Shown piece by piece: positions 42,670-51,920 of a stretch of DNA of 64,000 nucleotides (position 1 is the first letter of the stretch; each line of letters opens with the position of its first letter). The stretch lies in the sequence record MK295205. The stretch is one strand, 5' to 3'. A program made the position numbers and the translations under genes. The notes under the pieces were generated by a model. The model was not told where the DNA came from. It ran no database searches and saw nothing but the letters and a program-made list of their open reading frames with translations. The DNA comes from Shigella phage vB_SflM_004.

Positions 42670-42953
42670 TTTTTAATACCTTTCTTAGTAGAAATTTTAT
42701 AAGCAAGGTTATCTCGTAAATCCCCAGTTTCTACAAGAGGTGCGTTGAAACCTTTTTGTTTAATTGTAGAAGGAGCGTTAGGAGGGAGGATAGCAGTATT
42801 ACCAAAGCCTCTCTTAATTGCCTTTTGAGCATTCTTTGCAAATGCCTCTAAAGTTTCTGAGGGGTCTGTATTAAGACTATTTAGTTGCTTATAGAGATTC
42901 TTCTTAGTCTGCTCTAACAAGGTCTGTCTGTGTAACATCATAGTAATTAGCAA
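42666..42953 (-). CDS. hypothetical structural protein
   Basis: 95-aa ORF. Confidence 0.4.
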   Translation of the reverse strand: MLITMMLHRQTLLEQTKKNLYKQLNSLNTDPSETLEAFAKNAQKAIKRGFGNTAILPPNAPSTIKQKGFNAPLVETGDLRDNLAYKISTKKGIKK

Positions 42954-42971
42954 GGATTACGACGACGCATG

Positions 42972-43283
42972 TCAATCACACACTGCATAAGGGAGGCCAC
43001 TAACAGAGCTTTTAACTAGGTCGTCATATACAGCTTTAAGAGATTTGAATCTGGAAGAGTTACGTAAGTAAACACCACCAACCTTCTCATCTCCCATCTT
43101 GGCTACTTGAAAGAGTAAATATTTAAGAGCTTTGATGGCTGCTTTCTTTTCATCCTTTCCAGATTCTTGGTAGAACCACTCTAGCACCGATTGGTCAATG
43201 AGGATTTCACTGTTATTGAGTGAGGTGCTCAAGATGGAAGTCCTAGTAAAAGGGTTATTAGCGGGGTCGCCTGTATAACACAT
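42972..43283 (-). CDS. hypothetical structural protein
   Basis: 103-aa ORF downstream of capsid gene. Confidence 0.4.
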   Translation of the reverse strand: MCYTGDPANNPFTRTSILSTSLNNSEILIDQSVLEWFYQESGKDEKKAAIKALKYLLFQVAKMGDEKVGGVYLRNSSRFKSLKAVYDDLVKSSVSGLPYAVCD

Positions 43284-43304
43284 TATAACCCTCCTTTCAA
43301 GTTA

Positions 43305-44447
43305 TTACTCAGCGTCTGAACGAACGTCAACAAGCAGTTGAGGACGTGTGCAGTATGGCAGCATGTAAGAGTGAGCTTCGAAGTCAATACCTTCGTCACG
43401 GTCTTTCTCATATTCGAACACATACAGTTCCTGACCCAGAGTGTTTGCATAACCCATCTTAGGACATGGAGCTATATCTACTGTTATGATGTTGTTCACT
43501 CCACTCAACATTGCTACGTTAGGGAATGCGTGACCTACACCTACAGTTGAAGCATCAACACCATCGATGCTAACCAGAGTATGAGTCTTACCACGCTTAT
43601 CTTTGAACTTACCGTTGTACTGTACGAATACACAACCGTAGTAGAAACGGTTCATGTGAGCCTGAACACCGTCAGTTCCACCAGTTCTCAGAGAACCAGT
43701 AATCTGTTGCCAAGCAAGCGGAGTCTGCTGTGCAAGGTATGCGTCACGAATCTTAGGATGCTTGATAAGCTTGCTGAAGAAAGTTCTGTCAACAACGATG
43801 TGAATTTCTTCACCGTTGATTACAGTACCTCAACGTAATCCAATAGTTCCACGAGAAGGTTCGATATCAGAGTTCGGGTTGTCCAAGTCGAAGTAGATAG
43901 TCTTCTTAGTTACGTCGAACTGCTTGTACAGGTCTGCGTACAGAACACCGTTAGCATCGATAACTTTACCCTTCAGAGCTTGCATGAACAGGAACTCACG
44001 AGTAATATCGGAGTTGGTTCGAATCGTCATCAGCTTCTTAGCACGTACAACTGCTTCAGTAGTCAGTTCATTTGCAGTGCCTGGCTGACGAACACCCTGA
44101 ATCTCATCAGGAGTGATGCTTTCAACTTCCTTGAAGTACATCATTGGGAAGCTAATCTGACGAACACGCTCAGGAGCGCTAGTCTCAGCTTTACGGCTAG
44201 TACGGTCTAGATAAGACAGTTGCAGGTCTGCGTAGAAGTTAACGATACATACAGAGTCTGCCTGAGCTTCTTCACCTGCTGCGACCTTAGTACCATCAGC
44301 TTTCAGGGTTGGACTTACACTGTATTCTGTGCTGGCTACTGGAGCGTACTCTTTACGAGAGTGACCAGTTGGGGTGATTTCTTCCCAAAGGAAAGCATCA
44401 TTCATAAGTTCTCTGTTACCTAAATGTGTAAAACCTTGATATGCCAT
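43305..44447 (-). CDS. major capsid protein (lambda gpE-like) with in-frame TGA
   Basis: track ORFs 43830-44447 and 43305-43655 are in the same frame, separated only by TGA at 43830-43832 and 58 stop-free codons; combined ~380 aa with E-like C-terminal pattern. Confidence 0.55.
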
Positions 44448-44459
44448 TATTTGTGTTCC

Positions 44460-45407
44460 TTATTTCTTGATAAGAGTATTCAAAGCATTCTGGAGAGCCA
44501 GTTTGCGTTGGTCAGCGTTAGCATTAGCACTTGCTTCTGGAGCGGTATCTTTACCGTCATCCACTTCTGCTTCGCCGTTATTGCCAAGTTCTTCCATAGC
44601 GTTTGAGTGTTCCAGAACAGCACCAGCCGCTTCTTTCAGCTTAGTGATTTCAGAATCCTTCTCAGACATGGCAGAAGCATGGGACGCGATAGTTTCATTA
44701 AGTTTCTGGTTAGCACCTTCCATAACATTCATAAACAGAACACTCAGAGGGTTATCAAGACCAGCACCTAAAATAGCTGTTGCAGCTTCTTTTGCGTCAA
44801 ATCCAAAAGCTTCAGCAGATGCAGAAATCTTACCAGTTAAATCTGTAAGTGCTGCTTCCTGTTCCTTAGCTTTCATTTGAGCAACCTGAAGACGCAGAGC
44901 TTCTAGTTCTTGCTTTTCTTGTTCAGTCATTTCTTCACCTGAATTGTTTGTGTTTAAACTTACAGGAGCTTCTTCAGAACCTTGTAAGTAATTTAAGAAA
45001 TCATCTTGAGACATGATAGAATTAATTAAACCAAGTTCAAGAGCTTCCTGAGCAGAATAAACATTTGCCTCAGTATTCTTTACAGCTTCTTCAGAGATAT
45101 TACGTGAGTCTGCAACAAAACTAGTAAAAGTTTCGTAGGTGTCATCAATTCTCTTTTGAAGTCTATTCTTGCTTTCTTCTGATATTGCTGGTGATGGAGA
45201 ACCCATACCTTTAAATTCACCAGCCTTAATAACGTTAATTGTAACGCCATTCTTTTCAAGTGATTGACGTAGAGATTGGTGGACCATAATTACACCGATT
45301 GAACCAACATCTGCATCTGGTGATGCAATAATTTCTTCAGCAGAAGATGCAAGAGCATATGCAGCAGAGCAAGCAAACTCATCTACATAAGCAATAATTT
45401 TCTTTTT
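44460..45407 (-). CDS. prohead protease (S49/SppA-like) fused to scaffold-like domain, 5'-truncated
   Basis: protease-like sequence KKIIAYVDEFACSAAYALASSAEEIIASPDADVGSIGV...NVIKAGEFKGMGSP runs upstream of first ATG (45287) without a start codon and is cut by a stop at about 45480; C-terminal half is Ala/Glu/Lys-rich coiled coil. Confidence 0.55.
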   Translation of the reverse strand, partial: KKKIIAYVDEFACSAAYALASSAEEIIASPDADVGSIGVIMVHQSLRQSLEKNGVTINVIKAGEFKGMGSPSPAISEESKNRLQKRIDDTYETFTSFVADSRNISEEAVKNTEANVYSAQEALELGLINSIMSQDDFLNYLQGSEEAPVSLNTNNSGEEMTEQEKQELEALRLQVAQMKAKEQEAALTDLTGKISASAEAFGFDAKEAATAILGAGLDNPLSVLFMNVMEGANQKLNETIASHASAMSEKDSEITKLKEAAGAVLEHSNAMEELGNNGEAEVDDGKDTAPEASANANADQRKLALQNALNTLIKK

Positions 45408-45418
45408 GCTAAGAGAAA

Positions 45419-45610
45419 ATGAACAAAGAAGATAAGCATAAAAATGCTGTACGAACTCCTGATGGAAAGGTTCAATCCTTCATCCTGACAGTTGGTGGAA
45501 AACCGTTTCGTTGCCACTGCGGAGCAAACTGTTTTCATAAACCAGATAAAAATGATTTAGAGCTTTACGCATGTAATGCTTGCAATACTTGGTATCACTC
45601 AGAGGAATAA
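45419..45610 (+). CDS. hypothetical Cys-rich small protein
   Basis: 63 aa, CHCGANCF...CNACNTW; its 3' part recurs at 49420-49470. Confidence 0.35.
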   Translation: MNKEDKHKNAVRTPDGKVQSFILTVGGKPFRCHCGANCFHKPDKNDLELYACNACNTWYHSEE

Positions 45611-45885
45611 AATGACAATACTGTACAAACAAAATAAAGATGGCTCTTTTAACATCTGGTCATGTACTGCTGTAGGTGACAAGGTTATTACAACCTCGGT
45701 AAAGAAAATGGCAAGATGAAGAGTATACAGCAGAACCTAAAAACATCGGTAAAAAGAATGAGCGTAACGCTGAACAGCAAGCTCTCTTTGAAGTTGCTGC
45801 TAAGTATAAAAAGCAGGTTGACCGCTAAGATTGCAAAAGACCGTACTGGAGTACTCAAAGGTGAACGTATTGATATTCTGGAGTT
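45540..45885. repeat. chain of short fragments copied in order from loci at 49420-51960 and 40640
   Basis: exact or near-exact 23-50-nt matches to 49420-49470, 49725-49750, 50105-50135, 51185-51235, 51428-51455, 51925-51958, 40640-40695, in the same order. Confidence 0.7.
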
Positions 45886-45888
45886 GCT

Positions 45889-46158
45889 ATGAAGAAAATG
45901 TACAGTCTCTGGGGAAGTATTATGTGGAAAGCAGTAATTGCGCTTGGTGTTGTTTTTCTATCTGGCTGCAACCCTTCTTATGAAGATAAAAATGCTTCTT
46001 ACAGTCTCCCACCAGAGATGCAAGATTGCAGAGTATACAAGTTACATGGTGATGCTATAAGCAGAGATATTGTTGTTGTCAGATGTCCAAACTCCCAAAC
46101 AACAACATCTTATAGCTATGGCAAAAATGGTCAATCACACACTACGGTTATTGAGTGA
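45889..46158 (+). CDS. putative lipoprotein
   Basis: signal peptide with lipobox VFLSGC; 89 aa; degraded paralog at 26590-26763. Confidence 0.5.
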   Translation: MKKMYSLWGSIMWKAVIALGVVFLSGCNPSYEDKNASYSLPPEMQDCRVYKLHGDAISRDIVVVRCPNSQTTTSYSYGKNGQSHTTVIE

Positions 46159-46699
46159 GGTTTTTTCTATCAAGAACTCGATACTGCTTCTCTGAAAGAT
46201 TTGCAAACTTACAGAAACGACGAACAAAACGCATGTGTCGTGATTTTACTCGTGGTAACCATTTTGCTGCCAGAGCAGACGTGTTAGGGTCTAACAGTGC
46301 AGCTTCTAAATGCTTGAAAGCATCTGTTTCGTAACGTGTACCAACAAAGATTTTGAAGTCGTCGTAACGACCTAAGTCAGAAATCTTATCCATGATACGC
46401 AATACTTGGAACTCATCAAGTATACCATCAGAGATTGCCTTGGTAAGAGTATAACGGAACGCTTTGCGCTCTCCCATACCTTCTCGTGCATCTCGCATGT
46501 GTAACAGGATTCGAACTGCTACATCAATGTCTTCTCGCATAGCCTTGTAAAACAAGTTTGGAAGACTCTCTACATTTGACCTGCTTGAACCAGCAGCTTT
46601 GTAGAAATCTACCAGTGCAGACATTGAAGAGGTGTGGTTAACAGCACCGTTTTCAGTTAAACCTGCATGTAGATGCGAGTGTTTAAATAATTCGCTCAT
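46148..46699 (-). CDS. hypothetical protein (possibly N-terminal fragment of a larger gene)
   Basis: 183 aa; GLTENGAV...RILLHMRDAREGMGERKAFR is reminiscent of TROVE/DUF2828-type N-termini (weak, from memory); ORF ends where the lipoprotein block begins. Confidence 0.35.
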   Translation of the reverse strand: MSELFKHSHLHAGLTENGAVNHTSSMSALVDFYKAAGSSRSNVESLPNLFYKAMREDIDVAVRILLHMRDAREGMGERKAFRYTLTKAISDGILDEFQVLRIMDKISDLGRYDDFKIFVGTRYETDAFKHLEAALLDPNTSALAAKWLPRVKSRHMRFVRRFCKFANLSEKQYRVLDRKNLTQ

Positions 46700-46951
46700 A
46701 TTAATTCTCTCTCGTTAGAATGTTTTGGTGAGACAGACTCTAACGTTTGATTCAGAACCTGTCAACACCTTTTTATTATTTTTTCAGAGTTGCTACAGCA
46801 GAGAACGTTGGTTTGTTTTCCTGTGGCTTATCTCCACCTTTCTCACCGCTATTCTTACTGTCTGCTGCAATGGCTTTCATCTCACCTGCTGAGTGAGTCA
46901 TGATAGTCTTACCAGCTTCCATCATTGACTTCAGGTTTACGTTATCAACCG

Positions 46952-47146
46952 TCAAACCAAACTCTTGAGCTTGTTCGCATTGCTGGTAACAACTGCCTCA
47001 AACAGCTTTGCAGCATACTCTGCTGAGTTGTCAATAGTCAACTGTGCCTTGACCAGTGAACTTTTGTTACGAGAACCCTTTGGTCTTCCAGATGGGTTAC
47101 CTGATTGGCCTTTCTTGAACTGGCCTTTGTTAGTTCGTTTAGTCAT
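46952..47146 (-). CDS. hypothetical protein with GNPxGRPKG N-terminal motif
   Basis: KGQFKKGQSGNPSGRPKGSRNK; reading frame appears to shift downstream (46760-46950). Confidence 0.35.
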   Translation of the reverse strand: MTKRTNKGQFKKGQSGNPSGRPKGSRNKSSLVKAQLTIDNSAEYAAKLFEAVVTSNANKLKSLV

Positions 47147-47322
47147 TTCTTCACCTCTTTTAAGACTTCTTAAAAGGCTTTTAAGATAAGAGATAGATAT
47201 CCAGAAAGATATCTGTTTAAATAGCCTTTTTAGAAGAGTCTTTTAAGTAATCTTCTAAGTGTTTTATTAGGCTACACGTTGTCAAGAGGAATGTCAAGTA
47301 AATTTTTTAGTTGCAATACTTC

Positions 47323-47351
47323 TTGACTTGTTGTATGGATTACTGTACCAT
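47323..47351 (+). promoter_or_regulatory. sigma70-like promoter
   Basis: TTGACT, 17-nt spacer, TACCAT; precedes AAGGAGA SD and ATG at 47396. Confidence 0.4.
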
Positions 47352-47395
47352 CTTACTAAAGCTGTAGGTCTGCCTTTATCTACAAAGGAGACTTA

Positions 47396-47557
47396 ATGAG
47401 AAACAACACGAAATCGAAGACAGGTAATAATACCAATCACTGTAAGGAATCAAAGCGGGTAGAATTACTCTATTACAAATCCTCTGAAATTGGTTTGTAC
47501 CTATACTTTCAAAATTATAGACGACAAGAGGATTATTTATGTGTAGCTCCCAACTAG
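47396..47557 (+). CDS. hypothetical small protein (below track cut-off)
   Basis: 53 codons, strong SD AAGGAGA 7 nt upstream. Confidence 0.35.
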   Translation: MRNNTKSKTGNNTNHCKESKRVELLYYKSSEIGLYLYFQNYRRQEDYLCVAPN

Positions 47558-47772
47558 AAATCACAGATATTATTGATTTATACCAAACTGCAAAGAGTCA
47601 TGGGTATATCACTTCAATTGGAAAGAATAAGCACTATGATGCACTAACTGGTATGTATTTCAGAGCAATAGCTCAATCTAGTGAACAGGTTCTAATGGTT
47701 TCTTCCAGTGAATTTGCTTCATTTCTCTATTGCAGCAAGATTATCAATCGTAGGAGAACTGATAAATGTTAA
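47539..47772 (+). CDS. hypothetical protein
   Basis: 77-aa ORF. Confidence 0.4.
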   Translation: MCSSQLEITDIIDLYQTAKSHGYITSIGKNKHYDALTGMYFRAIAQSSEQVLMVSSSEFASFLYCSKIINRRRTDKC

Positions 47773-48134
47773 ACGTGAGTTTTAATTATAATGGTGATGG
47801 GTCTGTATCAATCACTTCACCATATTCTGATGACCTTCTTAAATGGTTGGACTTACACTGTGGAAGAGGTATGCACTACGTACCTAATTCATTTAAACAG
47901 AAAACAATTGCAAATAACTTGATGCGTGTTACTGTTCAGTCAATGAACCCAGATTATAACATTGATGGTGAAAGCCCATATTCACTTATGGCTTTAGGTG
48001 CTAATAGTGAATTTAAACTGGTGTGTCATGATTCAGAAACATTCTTCAAAGTATTCTCAAATCTTATCCACAATGCTAAATACAGTTATGTAGCTGGTTC
48101 AGCATCATTCCAGCAAACTACACATGTGTTATGA
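47766..48134 (+). CDS. hypothetical protein
   Basis: 122-aa ORF. Confidence 0.45.
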   Translation: MLNVSFNYNGDGSVSITSPYSDDLLKWLDLHCGRGMHYVPNSFKQKTIANNLMRVTVQSMNPDYNIDGESPYSLMALGANSEFKLVCHDSETFFKVFSNLIHNAKYSYVAGSASFQQTTHVL

Positions 48135-48352
48135 TTGATAACCTCAGAGAGTCTGAAGATACTTCCACAGAGATTTCTTTCGATGTGAACACCTCTCCAG
48201 AGTCCACTCCAAGTAATGACTTCGACATGAACTATGCGTTATCTCTGAGTAAGAAATCTGATTTCATTGAGTACGTCAATGGATTTGGATTTAAGTTGGA
48301 TGAGACAATGAATCTCAAAAAACTTAAAAACATGCTTAAGACTATGGCTTAA
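48131..48352 (+). CDS. hypothetical acidic protein
   Basis: 73-aa ORF. Confidence 0.4.
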   Translation: MIDNLRESEDTSTEISFDVNTSPESTPSNDFDMNYALSLSKKSDFIEYVNGFGFKLDETMNLKKLKNMLKTMA

Positions 48353-48360
48353 GTTTTATA

Positions 48361-48381
48361 GGGGCTGATGCCCCTTTAATT
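48361..48381 (+). terminator. putative terminator
   Basis: hairpin GGGGC-TGAT-GCCCC followed by TTTAATT. Confidence 0.45.
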
Positions 48382-48398
48382 ATTTATAAGGATATTTA

Positions 48399-48743
48399 AT
48401 GAAAGCTAAGAGTGGAAAAGACTTTTATTGCTTCCTACAATCTTATGTCCAAAGTGTTCAAGAAGGTGACAGGTATAATCTTGATGATGTACTTCCGACA
48501 CCCTTAACATGGCGTGATAGCAAATGGCCTGAGAAGGATATCAACCCTACCGAAACATATTCCGAATACACACCTAAAATTCCTCTACCAGATACTGAAG
48601 AACTTCTTTACCCAATGTTTCATATCGTTGGTCTTGGTACATTTTTGATGGATATTCATAAGTTTGATGTTGCTGGCGATGTTTCTCCGCATCACAAAGG
48701 CTATTTTAGACTAAACGCACATTTAGAGGCTAAAAAGAAATGA
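48399..48743 (+). CDS. hypothetical protein (tandem paralog A)
   Basis: 114 aa; shares RY(N/D)...LP(T/L)..WPE.DI...YTP...EELLY with next gene. Confidence 0.45.
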   Translation: MKAKSGKDFYCFLQSYVQSVQEGDRYNLDDVLPTPLTWRDSKWPEKDINPTETYSEYTPKIPLPDTEELLYPMFHIVGLGTFLMDIHKFDVAGDVSPHHKGYFRLNAHLEAKKK

Positions 48744-48994
48744 TTAAAGCAAAGACTTACCCAGACTTCAAAGAGTTTGTTAAAGACTTTGTAGCGAATG
48801 TTAAAGCTGGCAAAAGATACGACTTCAGAAAGTATCAAGAGGCCGTTCTGCCTCTGACATATAGCTCACCGTGGCCTGAGTCTGATATCCCTGAAGTCTA
48901 CACACCAGATTATACAGTTCCATTTAGTGAAGAACTTTTATATTCAGTTGGTGCTCAGATGAGGACTGCTGACTTCTTCATGGATTGGTGGTAA
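48740..48994 (+). CDS. hypothetical protein (tandem paralog B)
   Basis: 84 aa; ATGA overlap with paralog A. Confidence 0.45.
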   Translation: MIKAKTYPDFKEFVKDFVANVKAGKRYDFRKYQEAVLPLTYSSPWPESDIPEVYTPDYTVPFSEELLYSVGAQMRTADFFMDWW

Positions 48995-49139
48995 GAGAAA
49001 ATGACTGTAGAAGATGACACAGTTTATTGTGAATGGTTGGCAAGGGTTAAACCTTTCTCCATGCTTAATGCAAAATTTAAGAACGCAATCACACCTCCAG
49101 TTCTTACAGAACAACTGACCAAACTGATGGTGAGCTTGA

Positions 49140-49470
49140 AACATTCATTCTTCGTGTTGATGGTACTGGTGCAACTGGTTATCAGTGGAAGAAAGGTGCA
49201 TCAAACATCTCTGGAGCAACCTCTGCAACATATACTAAGAATGGCGTAGTCCCTACTGATAGCTATTCCGGTGTCGTTGTGGGTCAAACTGTTTCTCCAA
49301 CACTGCTACAGTAACTGTGAATGCACTGCCTGTGATTACACAGCAACTAACCAAGAGATTACAGAGGGAGATACACTTACCCTTAGTATTGTAGCAACTG
49401 GTGCAACTGGTCACAAACCAGATAAAAATGACTTAGAGCTTTACGCATGTAATGCTTGCAATACTTGCAT
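49140..49470 (+). pseudogene. fragments of an Ig-like domain protein
   Basis: out-of-frame pieces DGTGATGYQWKKGASNISGATSATYTKNG and TVNALPVITQQLTNQEITEGDTLTLSIVATGATG typical of bacterial Ig-like repeats; no intact ORF. Confidence 0.4.
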
Positions 49471-49512
49471 CTCAATCTTCCAAGGTAGTTATTAATGCAG
49501 TAGGAGCATAAA

Positions 49513-49957
49513 ATGCAACTCTCAAGTAAAGGCTTAGAAGCCATTAAGTTCTTTGAAGGGTATCACTCAGAGGTTAAAAATGACAATTCTGTAATCCCTA
49601 CAATTGGTTATGGTACAATTCGTATCAACGGAAGACCTGTTACGATGGGGATGAAGATTACTGCCGAGCAAGCTGAACAATATCTCCTTGCAGATGTTGA
49701 GAACTATGTAGGTGCACAAACAAAATAAAGACGGCTCTTTTAACGTAGAATGAGTTTGATGCACTTGTTGTAGAGACTTACAACATTGGCATCGGTGCTA
49801 TGCAGGATTCAACTTTTATCAAGCGTCATAATGCTGGTAACAAAGCTGGTCATGCGCAGTGGTGGAACAAGATTACAGTGAATGGTCAAAAAGTAACTTC
49901 CAAGGGTCTACAAAATAGACGTAGTTTGGAAGCCAAGATTTACCTTGACGCTGTTTA
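49513..49957 (+). pseudogene. lysozyme (GH24 type) interrupted at 49720-49750
   Basis: N-terminus LEAIKFFEGY...PTIGYGT...ITAEQAEQYLL in frame 1; conserved C-terminus (NEFDALVVETYNIGIGAMQDSTFIKRHNAGN...) resumes in another frame after a ~27-nt foreign segment that recurs near 45630. Confidence 0.55.
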
Positions 49958-49974
49958 TCCAAAATAGTAGATTA

Positions 49975-49999
49975 AGAGGCTCCTTCGGGAGCCTTTTTT
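49975..49999 (+). terminator. rho-independent terminator
   Basis: hairpin GAGGCTCC-TTCG-GGAGCC followed by TTTTTT. Confidence 0.65.
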
Positions 50000-50005
50000 A
50001 TTTCT

Positions 50006-50416
50006 ATGGAGAAAACTATGAAACTTTGGGCTGATGATGTTGGGACTTTTAAGTACACAAGAAGTGGTATGAAGGTTCGTATTGCAGGAACCAAGTTGAT
50101 TGCTGTAGGTGACAAAGTTATTACAACCTTTACTGTAGAGCTTGTTGAGCTGTCGCCTATCACAATGGCTAACAAAGGCTTCTTTGCTGGTGAACTGTAC
50201 AACGTGGATGACAATGGTATGTTCTCACCTTTAGGTGAAAGTTCTCTTGATATTATTTCAGAACACCCCTTGACAAGAGAGCAGTTATCAGGTTACTATA
50301 AATTTCTACTTGAGAAGCAGAAGGAAGTACACAATCGTGAGGCTATTTACCATAACAATGAGTGTATCAAACTTCTGGATAAAATTGAGAAAGCTGAGAG
50401 AGGTTTTTATGAATAA
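50006..50416 (+). CDS. hypothetical protein
   Basis: 136-aa ORF. Confidence 0.45.
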   Translation: MEKTMKLWADDVGTFKYTRSGMKVRIAGTKLIAVGDKVITTFTVELVELSPITMANKGFFAGELYNVDDNGMFSPLGESSLDIISEHPLTREQLSGYYKFLLEKQKEVHNREAIYHNNECIKLLDKIEKAERGFYE

Positions 50417-50738
50417 CGAGATTCAAGTAAAGGTTGACACATTTGGTCATGATGGCGATGTATATCGTGGCTTGGCAAAAGCAATCATCTTCCAAGAAGA
50501 CGGGAGACTGAAGTTGCAGTTTGAATCAGGAAGCATCTTAGAACACAGTGGCGATGATGCAGATGGTTGTCCAATTTTTGGATGGTTTGACCTGAATTTT
50601 CATCTTTATGCAATCCACTACCCAGATGGTGGAGAAGACTGGACAACTCAATCTATCTTTGATGAACTGAATGGTGTACCTTGTTTCAGAACCAACCCTT
50701 CTAACTTTCACCTTCATCAAAGAAGAAAAAGTTGGTGA
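50409..50738 (+). CDS. hypothetical protein
   Basis: internal ATG (MNNEIQVKV) overlapping upstream stop. Confidence 0.4.
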   Translation: MNNEIQVKVDTFGHDGDVYRGLAKAIIFQEDGRLKLQFESGSILEHSGDDADGCPIFGWFDLNFHLYAIHYPDGGEDWTTQSIFDELNGVPCFRTNPSNFHLHQRRKSW

Positions 50739-50783
50739 TATCTCCGTAACAGAAGCTTTGCAAGTTACACAGGTAATCTGATA

Positions 50784-51077
50784 ATGAGTAAAGTACAGGT
50801 TATTTTCCCTATTTGTGACTTCTCACTAGAGCCTGAGTTTGACCTGTACGAAGAACTTACTGATGATGTTATCTGGGGTGTAGTATCAAAGGCCATTAAG
50901 AAACTCTATGGTGGCCTTTTAAACCCAAACAATGCAAAGGTATCTACAAAGCAAGTATCTGAACCGTACACCAGTTATGATGCTGAGAAACGTAAGTTTG
51001 AGATTACTTGCTATGACCTTCTTGTTTCTGAGAACAAAATCAACTACTTCTTCGTCAGAGAATATGCAGATGCTTAA
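50784..51077 (+). CDS. hypothetical protein
   Basis: 97-aa ORF. Confidence 0.4.
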   Translation: MSKVQVIFPICDFSLEPEFDLYEELTDDVIWGVVSKAIKKLYGGLLNPNNAKVSTKQVSEPYTSYDAEKRKFEITCYDLLVSENKINYFFVREYADA

Positions 51078-51414
51078 GCTCCACATCGTTGTTTATAAGA
51101 ATTTCGCAGATATACAAGAAGCCCTGTCATCAAAACTTGACAGGTCTTATCAAAGACTCTTTGTGATGTTTGACATGGTTGACGGTAAAGAAAATGGCAA
51201 GATGATGTTTGAAGAGTATACAGCAGAACCTAAAAGCCAAGACTCGGTGACAATCTTCGTAAAACATGATTTGTCATCTAAGAACATTGGTCTGCTGGAG
51301 TTCTATATCTTTAAAGCTACAGGTATGCGTGGCGAAAACATAAAAGTGGACTCTATAGAGGTTTTTGAGAAACCTAACACACCACTTAAAAAGTATTTAG
51401 TGAGGAAGTTATAG
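51064..51414 (+). CDS. hypothetical protein
   Basis: internal ATG (MQMLKLHIVV). Confidence 0.4.
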   Translation: MQMLKLHIVVYKNFADIQEALSSKLDRSYQRLFVMFDMVDGKENGKMMFEEYTAEPKSQDSVTIFVKHDLSSKNIGLLEFYIFKATGMRGENIKVDSIEVFEKPNTPLKKYLVRKL

Positions 51415-51557
51415 TATGAGTGTACACATCGGTAAAAAGAATGAGCGTAATGCTCCACAAGTAACACTGGTACAACACTTTGGAAACATTCAAGGTGTAC
51501 TGGCTGCATTTCAACCATCTATCACATCACCTGCAAAAGTTGCCAAATTGACTATGG

Positions 51558-51896
51558 ATGGAACAGCATATTGAAGAAGTTCAATACTTTAAATTCACAG
51601 ATAAAGAGGTTGATGAGGCACTTCTGAAGTACCGTTTAGACCTTGAGAAAGACATTAACCACCAAGAGCTTGTAACACTGTTTGGTGACCTTCACAAGCT
51701 TCTTGAAAAGGTTATGAAGCGCACATACTACATGAATAATGGTTCAATCGTCACCACTCTGATTTCACCGTTCACTGATGAGGTGATTTTGACAGATGAT
51801 AAGCAGTTCTTTGTCATGACTGCCTCAAGCTCAGATTGGTGGATGAAGAACACAGGTATGAAGACGATACTGCTTCAAGCTCAGATTGGTGGATGA
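51558..51896 (+). CDS. hypothetical protein
   Basis: 112-aa ORF; 3' end lies in a tandem duplication. Confidence 0.4.
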   Translation: MEQHIEEVQYFKFTDKEVDEALLKYRLDLEKDINHQELVTLFGDLHKLLEKVMKRTYYMNNGSIVTTLISPFTDEVILTDDKQFFVMTASSSDWWMKNTGMKTILLQAQIGG

Positions 51897-51920
51897 AGAA
51901 CACAGGAATGAAGACGATAG
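51828..51920. repeat. tandem direct duplication of ~46 bp
   Basis: ctcaagctcagattggtggatgaagaacacagg.atgaagacgata occurs twice back to back. Confidence 0.8.
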
